Source of the DNA: Raillietiella orientalis
Taxonomy: Eukaryota
Length of the DNA stretch: 64,000 nt
Direction: 5' to 3'
NCBI GenBank assembly: GCA_036172245.1
Contig: JAYWIR010000006.1
Location: forward strand, 2,790,001-2,854,000
Below the pieces are notes generated by a model, which did no database searches, was not told the DNA's origin, and worked only from the letters and a program-made list of their open reading frames with translations. The translations under genes were made by a program, and so were the position numbers. Every line of letters begins with the position of its first letter. Positions within the stretch are counted from its first letter, which is position 1. Of the stretch, positions 24,761 to 36,533 are shown piece after piece.

Positions 24761-26689
24761 CGCATTTTCTGTGCCCCGCACATGTGTGGTCGCGCCGGCA
24801 GCTGCGAGAGCAGAGATGCCCCCCTTTGTCCGGCGCACACCGCACGAGCGATGAGAGGTCACGACCAGAAAGCGCTGCACGCACGTGAGAGGATGCAGGC
24901 TCTCCTGTACAGGCGAACTTCCGCACAGATGGAGGCATCGAAATTGCGTCCGCGATGGCCGTCCGTTGCGTTATCTCTCTTTTCACAGATGATTTGTCCA
25001 AGACAGCATCTTGCTGAGGAATCGTCTTCGGAGTGCCGTGTGATTCACGGGCTGGCAATAAGTGCTCCGTCTGCTCGCGCATCGCCTTGGAAGGCGCCAG
25101 GACCATCACGTCATGACAACGCATTGTGGTCCTGGATTTGCGTCCAGCTGCAGGATCACAATCGATAATCCACGGGAAGAAGCTGCTGGAGCAGCAAAAG
25201 CGCGTGCCGCTCGCCACCTCGGAAAACTTTCCCGGAGGAAAAGTTATAATGGCGATGGTGATGAGGCAAACTTGAAATCGCGCATCGTGATTGGTTAATG
25301 GGAATGAGCGTGCGATCCGCAGTCCCGACGCGCACACGACGTGCGCCTCGACCCGCTGCCGGCGCGGCCACACGTGGTCTGCTGCGACACGAAAGGTCGT
25401 CGAGCTCTGGTTTAAAGACTCAGAGATGGTCGGGACGGAGTGCGTGGAAAGGACTTTCCAAACTGTCCTGTCCCGCGGATGCAGCCCAAGGAAGCTCTTG
25501 GTTTGATGGCATTATCCATCTGGGAGACTGTTCCAGGATCGCGGGGTGGAAAACGATGAAGAGTCAGCAGTGCTTCCTGCCGTTCATCCCAAACAAGTAG
25601 AAGATTCAGATTGGACTATTGGGAAAGATGCGGAAACGCACCTGAAGAATGAAACGGAAGTCTTGGAGTGAGAGTTGCAGTGGAAGGAGGGAATTCTATC
25701 GGTAGGAAAAAGAACCAGGGATGCAAAGATTCAAGGAATCACATTCGGAAACGCAAGTCCAGAGCTAATCTGTGCTTCTTCATCCAGCCTCCTAAATATC
25801 AACAGTTCCAAATTTTCTTCCACTGCTACTCGTTTATCTTTTATTTTCCAGAACGTTGGAGTGTCGACACGATGATGCAAAAGTTTGCCAGAGGCCCGTT
25901 TTGGAACTTCTCATTAGGGCGGGAGGATAGACAGCTGCTGCCTTATCCATGAACCCTTTGGGGAAGATTCGCGAAACTTTGGGAGCAGTCTGAGAAAGAA
26001 AGCGAAACCCGAGTTGCTCCAGCACCGTGCAGATCACGCAGCGGCAGCGAAACCTTTCATCCCGAAATACATCTATCCAGGAAGGAATTACGAGGAGCAC
26101 TGGAAACTGGTGGGAGTAGGTCTTCTTTAATTGCATGGCAAAGAGGAACAGAGAGGACCACATCCCAACGGAGGGAGAAATCCGCGGAGAATAAAGGGAA
26201 GCAGAGAGCAATGTGCTCCCTCACTGAGAATTCGCCTGCAACATCAGAATCCAGAAACCTCATCCAGGAAAACAGAAATGTTGCTCTTTCTGCAAGGCGG
26301 GGGATTGATGGGCAGCAGGGATGCACGTTCACGGCCTCATTGGTGGTCAACTGCATCCCGCTATACTCTCATCCATCCCGTTTATCAGACGCCTGCAGTG
26401 CCAGTGGATGTGGCAGGATCTGCAGTCGTTCCCAAATGGCGTCAGTGGATCGACGAACGCATCAGCGGCGAACGCGGCAAAGGGAGTGCCTTCCTGAATC
26501 CAGGAGAGGGTGAGGATGTCTCGAGAACTTGTCGTTTCTTGCAACAGTCGCTCGCTTTCCTTCTTCTCCCCCTGAGGCATTATCTGTACCTTGTTGTACA
26601 GAGTCAGCCGCGATCATCGACGGTCAACCGAATCAGCGCTTCGGGGATGGTGGAAATCCTTTTGGGGATCTTTTCTGCCTTCGCTGCTT

Positions 26690-27495
26690 TCCTTCCAGTT
26701 TTTTTGGTTTTGTCTTGCTGAGTACCTCGAGAACGTCGCATGCCTGGCGGCTCACTCAGCTCTTTGACGTTGTCCCAGGCCACCCAAAGGTGCGTGTTAT
26801 TCTTCAAGATAGGGGGTACCCCAGTAGGGGACCACCTTATAAAACAAGTAAGGTTCTGGAATAAGAAGCCCGTTGCTCTTACTCTTGGCAGGGGAGCCCC
26901 GAAGGTACCCCCAGAGGACTCCGCTCCATTTGTTCTTCTCCGAAGAGAACCCGGAAAGGATCCTCCGTTAGTATCCTTTCCGGGTTCCTGTTTACTCCTT
27001 TATTAGGAATTTTCAATACTAGGAAATTCCCCTATTAGAAATTCCTTCTCCGTAGAGAACCCGTAAGGGGAGCCGTCCCTGTTTACTCCTATGAAGAGAA
27101 TCCCAAAGGGACGCTTCCGAAATTCAGAAGGGTGCTTCCCTAAGAAAGTGGCACGCTTCTCTGCACTCTGGAGAGGTACCACACATACTCCATGTTACTC
27201 CAGGGTCCCCCCCCGAAAGAGGAGTCCTTCTCACAACCGGAGTGGAACTCCCTCTCCTTGATTCCTGGAAGGACCCGAAATTCGACTCTCATTGTCCTGG
27301 ACACTCATCGGGGACATCCGGTATGAACCGCAACCGGTGCCGCGCCCGAATGGAGGCCGACCAGCGTCATCTCGTGGTAGGAACTCGAAATCACGACACC
27401 CCCCCATCTCTCGGCGTCGATTCTTGCCGAGCATTCGAACCCGCGATACTTGGTGATGCCACACATGACCCGTAACCACACATGACCCCCGATGC
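26690..27495 (-). mobile_element. SINE, near full length, diverged
   Basis: Head (rev. GCGGGTTCGAAT at ~27433-27444) and hairpin-unit body shared with other copies. Confidence 0.75.
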
Positions 27496-29424
27496 GGTTT
27501 TTCTGGGCAGAATCGAGAGTGGTGGCATTGGCGGCACGAGCTGGAGGAGCAGAAGACCCTTCGGGAAGAGAGCCAGACGGAGGTTCCCTCGCAGCCTTAG
27601 CGGAACTAAGAGTGCAGAGGAGACTTCGGTAAGCTTCACTCTGCAGTGGAGTCCTCCAATTCATTGACGGAAGGACTCCACCGCGAGGTGAAGCTCCAAT
27701 GCACCCGCAAGAGCTCGCCTGCACGAAAACGGGAGACGACATGGAAAATATCTGGGATAGAGGTCGGACACCTGAGGCATGGAACGCCTCTGAAGAAAAA
27801 GTAGACTTCGAGACCTCAGCACTCGCTTGTCTGAGCCGGGGTAGGAAAAGGAGAGACTCGGTGCCGAAGGTTGAGGATGCAGGGCCGTGCTCCTTACAAA
27901 AAGTCGAGATGACGTCACGAGGAGTTCGCCGTAGAAGGTGGGTTGGCACTTCAGTCGTTGGAGGTCACCGCAACCAGAGAGCGTGCTTGAGTGAACGGTG
28001 CTCTTTTAGAACATAAAATAGAAAGGGATAGAAAAGGAGATAACCCTATGTTGATAGAAAGGGAGATAAGCCTATGCCGCAAAGAAGAAAAAAAAAACAA
28101 GACGAGGTACAAGACTAATGGATGAATGTCTTCGATTGAATGAGAATGGACCAGGGGATTCGGCAATAAAGAAACAAACAATTTCTGTGGGGCTGGGCTT
28201 CAGTCATGACTCAGCATGGTTAGGAAACTGGAGTCATCAGATAAACTGGCTCCAGATGAAGGAAAATGGACGATTTGCGATGCCCATGAATGCGCTTCAT
28301 TTCTATGTGGCATTCTTTCAGTTATTCGAGTGCATCTCGAAAAGTTACTTTTTTTTGGAAAGGGAGGGGAGGTGGGACGAAGGGGGCGTCCTCATCGAAA
28401 GATTGTCTTTTTTTTCTCCTTTCCTTTCAGTGGATGCCACGAGAACCGAATGTTTGCAGGCCCGAGCCCCTTCCGAAGATTCGTCTCCATAAATCAGCGC
28501 GGAAGTTTGCAGCGGAGCGAGAGATGCCGCTTCCCGCACCAGGCAGCTGGGGCGTGCATTCCCGGACGAGATCAGTGGGACAACACGAGTCACTGGACAC
28601 GAGTGATGGGGAACAAACCGCACGCGATGTGTGAGCTTTAAGAACGTCTCTCGGCACCTGAGGGCGAGAACGCCCACTTCGGTCATCCTGTCGTTCGCAA
28701 CGCGTAGAGCTCCGGTCTTTGGAGGTTTCCGATGCACCTTCCAACAGGAGGGCTCCAGACCGGAAGGCGGAGGAGCTTCCTCCGAAGCTGTTAATCAAAG
28801 TCACCAGCCGATGGGAAGCGAAGCGAAGTCCAGACAGGAGATCCAGACGCTGCTGATGCAATGGGCTGGTACTGACGATTTCTGGTTGGTTTCCTCGAAT
28901 GCTCCATCACCGGAGCTGACATTCGCAGATGGCAGAGTCGACCGGGCCGGGCCGCAGCCCCGAGTGAGGTGAAGAGAGACTCTCAGGCTGCCCGAGGCGG
29001 GGAGCAAACGAAAATTGCCGTCTCTCGGGTCGATTCCCGAGAGGCGGCCCGCTGGGGCACGGCGGACACCAATCGCGCGCGTCCCATTTGGACTGCGCGC
29101 TGGCTGGCCCGAGGTCGGAAAGAGTGGGGTCGCTTCCGACCTCAGCTGCAAGCAGCATGGAAGAATGCGAAAAACGCCACGGAAAGATGGAACCTTCTCG
29201 AAGGGAAGGCAAGACGGGTGGAAATAGAGCATGCCGTTCACGAAGACCCGCAAGCGCAGAGTACCGTGGGGTGCCCTCAGAAAGTGCGGGAAGCAGCTCA
29301 TCACAAAAGATAGCGGAAAACAAACAAACAACCAAAAAAAAAAAGATTGCGGACTCGAAAGATCGCCTGGGAAACTTGGAGGGGAAAAAAAAAAAAAAAA
29401 AAAACGATCTCTACTCGAGATAAA

Positions 29425-29640
29425 CCTTCTGATTCCTGTTCTCTCTCCTCACTTTCCAGGCTCCTGAATTCCTTCACCGGATCTAGCAGCACTGATTGGC
29501 CCATTGAAGCAGTGGAGGAGGGAGGAAGGGGGAGACTCGTACTAGAATTCGTTCCTCACGTTGGCGACGGCGTGGCTGAGGTCTCCGCGCGTGGCACAGA
29601 ACGTCGAGGATAGAATCCCGCCCGGGGAAGAATCTACTCT
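29425..29640 (+). repeat. Left arm of ~200-bp inverted repeat (partner ~30700-30905)
   Basis: Shared CTCACTTTCC...TTGAAGCAGT.GAGGAGGG...CTCGTACTAGAATTCGTTCCTC followed by the SINE head. Confidence 0.8.
29555..29640 (+). mobile_element. SINE tRNA-like head only
   Basis: CGTTGGCGACGGCGTGGCTGAGGTCTCCGCGCGTGGCAC...GAATCCCGCCCGGGG. Confidence 0.7.
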
Positions 29641-29999
29641 CCCGGTTATTTTCCACCAGGATGAAGACTGATCTGAGAGGATTGCCACTGACTCTGGGCA
29701 GAGAAGGGCGAACGCTACCTGTCGCCAAGGAGAAGGAAACAAAGCCTCCCAGAAAAAGTTACAGAAGCAAAACGCTGGCCACCCTGATCTCAGAAAACGG
29801 CCACAGTGCAAAGACATCCCTTGCTCATCCGAAGCCATGACACTCTTAGGCGATTACTTAGTTTGTGCTCGATGAGCTCTTCTCACTGTCTGGTGATACG
29901 CTTACAAAGAGGCGATTTACATGAGAACGCAAAGAGGGTTCTTCGCCCATCAGAAATTCCTCGCTGTGGCCAACTGGTGCTCTGATAAACGAATTATCC

Positions 30000-30780
30000 T
30001 TCCAGCTATCTTTTTTTTAGGGTGGGAGAAGAGGAGGACTCCAGTTTGCTAGTGCTCAAGAACCGTTTGTCTTGGGGGTCAAGAAGCTCTTTAGCACTGG
30101 TTTCGCCACCTGAGGATGCATGTAACTCTCCAATTTAGAGGGCGACCCCGGAAAGACCACCCTACGTATCCAGAAAGGCTCCGGAGGAAGGAGTGCTCTC
30201 CTCTTAGGCTTGGTGGGGAACCCCGAAGGCAACCTCTTCCGTATTCTCTCCTGAGGGGTACCCCAGAGAAGGTCACTCGTTTCTTCTCCGAAGGGAATCG
30301 CTGCCTGGAATTCTTTCTCCAGAGGGCACCCGAAAGGGAACCGCTCCTTGTTTACCCCACTAAAGAGAACCCCGAAGGGAACAACGCTTCCCAATTTCTT
30401 TGGAGGGTCACCCCCCAAAGGGAGCAGAGTGCTTCTTACTCTCTGGGGAGGTATCAACCAGCCCCACGGAAGGCGATGGAAGGTCCCCACGATGAAGAAG
30501 AAGACTCCATTTGCACAGCCGGAGGGGAACCCCGAACGGAATTGGTGTTCCTTGAGACTGAGCAGTTCTGGAAAATCTCTGGAAAGTCAGCTCCCAATCC
30601 TGACCAGTCGACGGAAGCATCTGGTTTTTACCAGTGACGTCCAGAGTCATCTTGTGGGGAAGGGACTCGAGAACCACGAGGCACCCAGCTCTCGGCATCG
30701 ATCCTTCCTCAGGGGAGATTCGAACCCGCGACGCTCGGTGCCACGCGCGGAGACCGCAGCCACGCCGTCGCCAACGCGAG
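30000..30780 (-). mobile_element. SINE, near full length
   Basis: Head at ~30700-30780, hairpin-unit body, 3' hairpin at 30051-30098 and A-rich tail. Confidence 0.8.
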
Positions 30781-33136
30781 GAACGAATTCTAGTACGAGA
30801 CACCCCCCTCCTCAACTGCTTCAAGGGGTCGGTCAGTGTTGCCAGATATAGTGCAGGCATTCGGGAGCAGGGAAAGTGAGGAAAGAGTCGAGAGCTGGAC
30901 TGAACCCTGCACGATTCCCGAAGGCAGAAACTTCGTGCTTCGTCGCGCTTGGGTTCCTCGCGCGCTTCGCTGAGGGCACTGCGTCCGTACGAGAAGAAAA
31001 AGGAACGAGATCGCCTCGGAATGGTTTCCAGGAGGATGAGTCGGAAAACGCTTCGGTCCACGGAAGTTCGGAGGGGAAGCCTCGCTTCCCCATAGAGCGA
31101 GTTTCCGTCTCCACGGCAGCAGCCGGAACGCCACTTCGCTCCAGATCGGTGGCAGTGAATCCAGGAGAGCGGACAGGAAGCGCTGCTGGCCATATTCACG
31201 GTCTTGCGCACCCCCAGCGTGCGTTCTTGAAACCTCCAAGCGACAGGCACAGCTTTTCGTTGAATTTCCCTTGATACCCAGTGGTCTCCTGTGCGTCTCG
31301 AGCCTTCCATGTGACACGTGGCCTAGGGTCCCTCTTCCAGACTGCCGCCCCCCTAAATGCACTCACTGGATGGCCGCTTGAAACTTTCTCTTTATCGAAT
31401 GGAAACGAAAATTCGCCCATAATTTGGGATTTTCCAGAGCAAACTTCAGCGTTGCTGAACTTGGTAACCCTGAAACACGGATGAGAGATGCAATCTTAAT
31501 GCCGCCGAAAAAGTATTTCTTGTAGCCTCCCATTCGAGAATGCGTCTCATCACTTGCTAGGAAGGGATGCTTAGCGCTATGCTTGCAAAGATGCGTCGAG
31601 CCTTCCTCGTTCTTCCAAAGGTCTCAGCTGAGGTCATCAGCATCCCGTTGCGGGAAATCGCTCTCGCTGGATGAGAATACATCCCTCTCTTGTACCTCGA
31701 TGCGAGCAACCCCAAAGTGTCGATTCTTCCTCACCAGTTGCACACAACCGATGCCGTTCAGCCTCCAAGGTGTCTGGGCCTCACGCGATTACCCGCATGC
31801 ATTATGCATCGGCTCCTCACGAACCTTCACAGCAGACGAACCGCATGGTAGAGTTCTGGACCGCTTCCGTTGGGCTTCGCGTCTCTGTTCTGGAAACCTT
31901 GCTGCTTTCGCAGAGAGGATCCCTTTCTGTCTGACTGCGCTGACGAGTGAAAACATGGAGTCTCAAGTTTGCTTGCCTAACGGCTACCCTCCACCTGGAG
32001 AACCCGAAAATCCTCGGGAGTTCTCTGCCTCAGACACTCTTCCCGCAGTTTGACGGAACGATCCTTCTATCTTCTTCGTAGGCGGCACGATGGAGTCGCC
32101 ATTCCGATGACGTCACCACCATTGCCAAGCAGGTGAGGCCGTGCCTTCATGCCGGCATTCCAGGAGACGCGGAACGGCGTGTGTTCTAATTCCCTGAAAG
32201 TTTGGCGTATCGATTTATCGATCGGCTCGGAGCCTTTCTGATTGGATTATGATTTCATGAGCGCATATGTCAACATCCATGAGAATGAACATCTCAAATC
32301 AGTTTGAAGGACAGGTAAGGAAAACAGAGTCTCCTTTCCGGAGAACGCTTTCCCGCGAGAAACTGAAAGAATCCCCGACGACAAATCGAGCAGGTGCTGC
32401 TTTTCCCGAGGAACATGGAAAATTACTCGCTGCGGCTTCCCGGCGCTTCTCGTCTTCGACTGGCTCCCTTCCGTTTGGCAAACCAGCCGCTGGACGCCGT
32501 GGAAGGGAAAGGCCACGTGTAGTGGCACCTTCTCCCACCCTGATCGGTGCACGTAGGGTCCCTCTGTCTGGGAGCGAAGATGGGAAGCGTCAATTTTGCG
32601 AGGGTCCATGGAAACGGTGCGACCTAATTTGCATCTTCGACTGAGGAAGGATCTTTCTCTAGTTTCACGGGTTCTAACGCACTCCAAAACGTCTCGGGTT
32701 AGTTGACCGAGGTGTCTGTCCATCTATCCTACCAGACGAGGTGTGCCTCTCCCCCACACAGCAAGCACTCCGTTGAAATCTCCCTTACTGGGGAAACGCT
32801 TGAGCAGGAGAGTTTGGGGGAAGCAGCTGAGAACCGGAATGAAAGTGACTTCCGAATTTCAGGGGCAAGGACGAAATCACCCCTCAGACACGGTTCCCTT
32901 AGCAGGCAGACCACCAGGGGTAACCGAAAAGAGGAAGGAGACGAGACCATGCATGGGGCCCCTGGTGCGATGTGTGGCTGCCCTCTGATGTACTCTGCCG
33001 AACAGCTTGAAAAAAGGAAACCACGCAGTGGTTCTTCTTTAGAAACCTTTGTCTTCAGCGGAACATGGTAGTCGAAGGAAATAGAACTCTTAGCTCGGAG
33101 GACGGAAATCTTTTGGTCTGCTTTTGCTACTAGCAT

Positions 33137-33897
33137 TTTTTTTTTTTCGGGTTTTCTTTATTTGGGGAGGAAGGGTTCGCAAAGTGCTGAAGAACCGTTC
33201 GCATCGTTACGGAGGCTCACGAAGCTCTTCAAGCACTGTTTGCTACCCAGGGGCGCGTATTAACTCTGCAGGTTGGGGGTAACCCAAAAGGGATCACTCT
33301 ATGAATATAGAAAGGTTCCGAGGGCAGGGTCGGTCCCCCGTACGCTTGGTAGGAAACCCTCGCCCTGGTCATCTCCAAAGGGAATCCCAAATTTCATTTC
33401 CTCCTGAGGGACCCCTGGATGTGGGGGCCTCTTTTCGGTTCTTCTCCGCAGGGAATCTGAAAAGAATCCTCTCCTTGTTTCCTCCTCCCGAAGGAACGCT
33501 TCCCAATTTCTCTGGAGGGTGCTCTCCGAAGGGAGCAGTGCATTTCTTCACATGCGGAAGAGGCGACCCCCTGAGAAGGGTATTGCAAGTCCCATGGTAC
33601 AACCCCAGTTTCACAACCGAAGGGGAACTCCAACCGGAGGGCTCTTCTGGATTCCTGGAAGGATCCCGGAGGTCAACTTCCAATCCCGGCGGCCAGTCAA
33701 CGGTGACATCCAAACAACATCGCCAGTGCCATACCCGAAGTCAGTGGGCCAACCAGCGTCGTCCTGCGAGGAAGAAGGACTCGAAACCCACGACGCATCC
33801 CCCGTTCTCGGCGTCGATTCTCCACGTGGGGATTCGAACCTGCTACGCTTGGCACCACGCGCCGAGACCGCAGCCACGCGGGGCCGCCAGCGCGACC
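33137..33897 (-). mobile_element. SINE, full length with poly(A)-like tail
   Basis: Head at 33820-33897, 3' hairpin at 33184-33236, then AATAAA and an A-run on the element strand (T-run at ~33137-33147). Confidence 0.82.
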
Positions 33898-35370
33898 CAA
33901 GTAAAGCTTATGATGTCTTGAATCGAGGATTTGTCTGAAACTTAATGTCAACAGGAAACCGAAGAGGGGATCTGAGGAGGATCCGAGGATGGAAGTCGCT
34001 GCCATTCGAATCCTTTTTCGAGCTTTGAGAGAACGTATTGAGCGACGAACCCGTGATTTCCTCAGGAGCTCCCTGCGCGGACTCTAGGTAGCGAACCACG
34101 TCAGAACACCCACACCAGTGCCAGGAAGACAAAACCGCTTCTCCTTGAGAGCAGGGGCGGGAGTTTCGTCGCTCAGTTTGAAAATCATGGAAGGCAGAAT
34201 CCGATCAATCTCTTCTGCCAGTGCTTGAAGAACACAGAGCTCGAGGACATATTGCTGTACGGAGAATGGACGCATGATCCATGAATCGGGAGCGGCCAGA
34301 CAGCGGGTCTCTACCTGCAGCAGGTTGCCGTCCCACGAGTTCGCTCCCCGCGGACACGAATTGCTTTACGTTTTCCTCCTTGCCTTGCACGTATTTTTGC
34401 AACCTGTCCCCTTTCCTGACGTCTCTAAGCGGATTGCGAGAGGCTGGAGATTTTCGTTTCGGCAGTGAAAATGGAGAACGGACCAGCTCGCGAGGACCTG
34501 ATTTTTTTTTCCTCTGCCCATCGGTGTGAAAACCCCTCGAAGAAGAACCCGGTGGCCACCACATAACCTCGGTTTTCGAAACCTCGTGGTCGTCAACAAA
34601 CCGAAGCTGAATGGAAACCTAATTTAATTTGTGGATAGTGGACAAGAGGGAAAGGTTTCTGAGAGGACAAGTCTTGGGAACGCTAGCAGGAAGCGTGATC
34701 CGGAAGTCGGAATAATCCTGACGGATTCCGTGGAAAAAAAATTCAGAGTGTATCGGGACATCAATTATGTCTTGGAATGGTGCAGAGCGGGAATTATTTA
34801 GAAGGGAAAGAAAACCATCCATTTCGTCCTGAAGCTGTTTTCAGTAGTCAGTGATTTGCTTTCTTTGTAAACCTCTTCGAGCTGCAAATCTCCACGCTGA
34901 ATGCTTCTTTGTTCTCCGCTTTTACCATGCGTCAGACCCCCATATGGCGCTGATTCGTATAACGCAGCGGCTCAGCAACGTCGGCGGTCTTCGTATGCAG
35001 CAGTAAAGCAACAAAAAAAAAGTTGGTTGGCCACTCTCTGTTATTTTTGCTCTATAAAAAAAATCGCTTTTGGGGGATGGTCTTTTCAACGGAACAAGAT
35101 GCACTTTTCAGAAAGAACGATGGAGCTGAAACTATGGAATTGTCCAAGCTGAAGAAAAATCAACAAAACTCCAAAAGTTCCTTTTTTTTTTTTTTTTTTC
35201 TGAAGAGTAAATGATGAAAATTTCCCCCCCCCCCTTTTGTTTTAAAGTGAGATAATAAATGTTCTACTGTTATTGAGTTTAAGGCACATTTTTTATCTTT
35301 TGCAAATACTATTACATTATTCGTATATAGCCCATAGGGATAGTATAACGCGAATTTGTATGAAGAAGAA

Positions 35371-35409
35371 CGTATCTCTAGCGAAGGTATCTCTAGCGAA
35401 CGTATCTCT
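35371..35409. repeat. 15-bp tandem repeat (~2.6 copies)
   Basis: CGTATCTCTAGCGAA GGTATCTCTAGCGAA CGTATCTCT. Confidence 0.85.
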
Positions 35410-36322
35410 CCCTGTAAGACGAGCGCATCCTCCGTTTTACGGGATCTACTGAACTTGGAAAACGTCAGGGGGGAGTGACCAAGGTGTTCTCTTCAAAAGG
35501 ATTCCAGAGTCCCCCATTCGAATCCTCTTTCAAGCCTTGAGCAACCGATTCGTGGTTTCCTCAGAAGTTCCCTGAGCGAATTCTAGGAAGCGGAACTCAA
35601 AACACACAAACAAACACCAGTGTCAGCAAGACGACATCGTTCCTCTGAGAGTAAGGGGACGGGATTTTTGTCAGGAAATTTGAAAACCCCAAAGGAAGAA
35701 CTGTGATGACAAACTTTACAAGGATTCTGAAAGAAAACTGCTATTTCCCTCTTCCTCTTCTCCAGGCGATTCCGAGTTCAAACAGTTTTTTTGCAAACGT
35801 CCTTTCCCATGCTCGCCGTGGGGATTCAGGGTGTTTCGAAAACACTGGAGCCATGCAGGAGACGCACAAAACCACCGTAACCACCGGAGCCGAGATAGTC
35901 CCTGAGCAAATAGAAAAATCGGTTGCTTCATTGGGAATCGCCGCTTCCTCCATCTGGAAGTGGGCACTGACCGATGCGATATGTGCTTAAGAGAGGAGGA
36001 GGGAGTTTATTGCTCCTATTCGAAACAAGCCCTGGAAATATTCCCTCAGATACCAGCATGTGAGGATGGGCAGGCCACTCCGTCACGTATGCAGTAATGT
36101 GGTGGAATCTGGCCAAGCAGGAATCGGCATTTCTTGTTAGCATTGTGCGTTGCCTATTCCTCAACGACACCGACCATCAGGAAAAGGACCCGCGAATCAG
36201 ACAAGAACGTAAACATCGCGTACGTGGGTTGCCATCGACAGATTCGCTTTCTTTCAGTCCAGTGTTTTCGGATTTCGGATCTTCCGGTTTCGCACAACCC
36301 TCAAAAGTCTCTGATTGCTTAC

Positions 36323-36533
36323 CTGTGCAACTCAAATGGAAAACCAGGCTGATTTTCGGCTCCGTGGACAGCTGACATTCGTAGAACCCGTTGTCTTCGG
36401 ATCTTGTGTTTCGAATCTGCAGCGTCCAGCCGTCATTCTCTTGGGAATTGAAAATTTGGAATCTCTCGTCTTTGATGTAAGTGAACGTTCCGACGGTCAG
36501 CAAGTGGGAATCCTTGTTGCGTATCCACGTGAC
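36323..36533 (-). CDS. dpr: Dpr-family Ig protein exon 3 (second half of Ig1: VTWIRNKDSHLLTVGTFTYIKDERF...WTLQIRNTRSEDNGFYECQLSTEPKIS)
   Basis: CTTTCAG| acceptor and AG|GTAAGC donor. 211 nt, phase 0 to 1. Close match to the Dpr Ig1 signature V(S/T)WIRxxDxHILTVGxxTYxxDxRF...WTLQI...DxGxYECQ(V/I)STxP. Confidence 0.92.
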
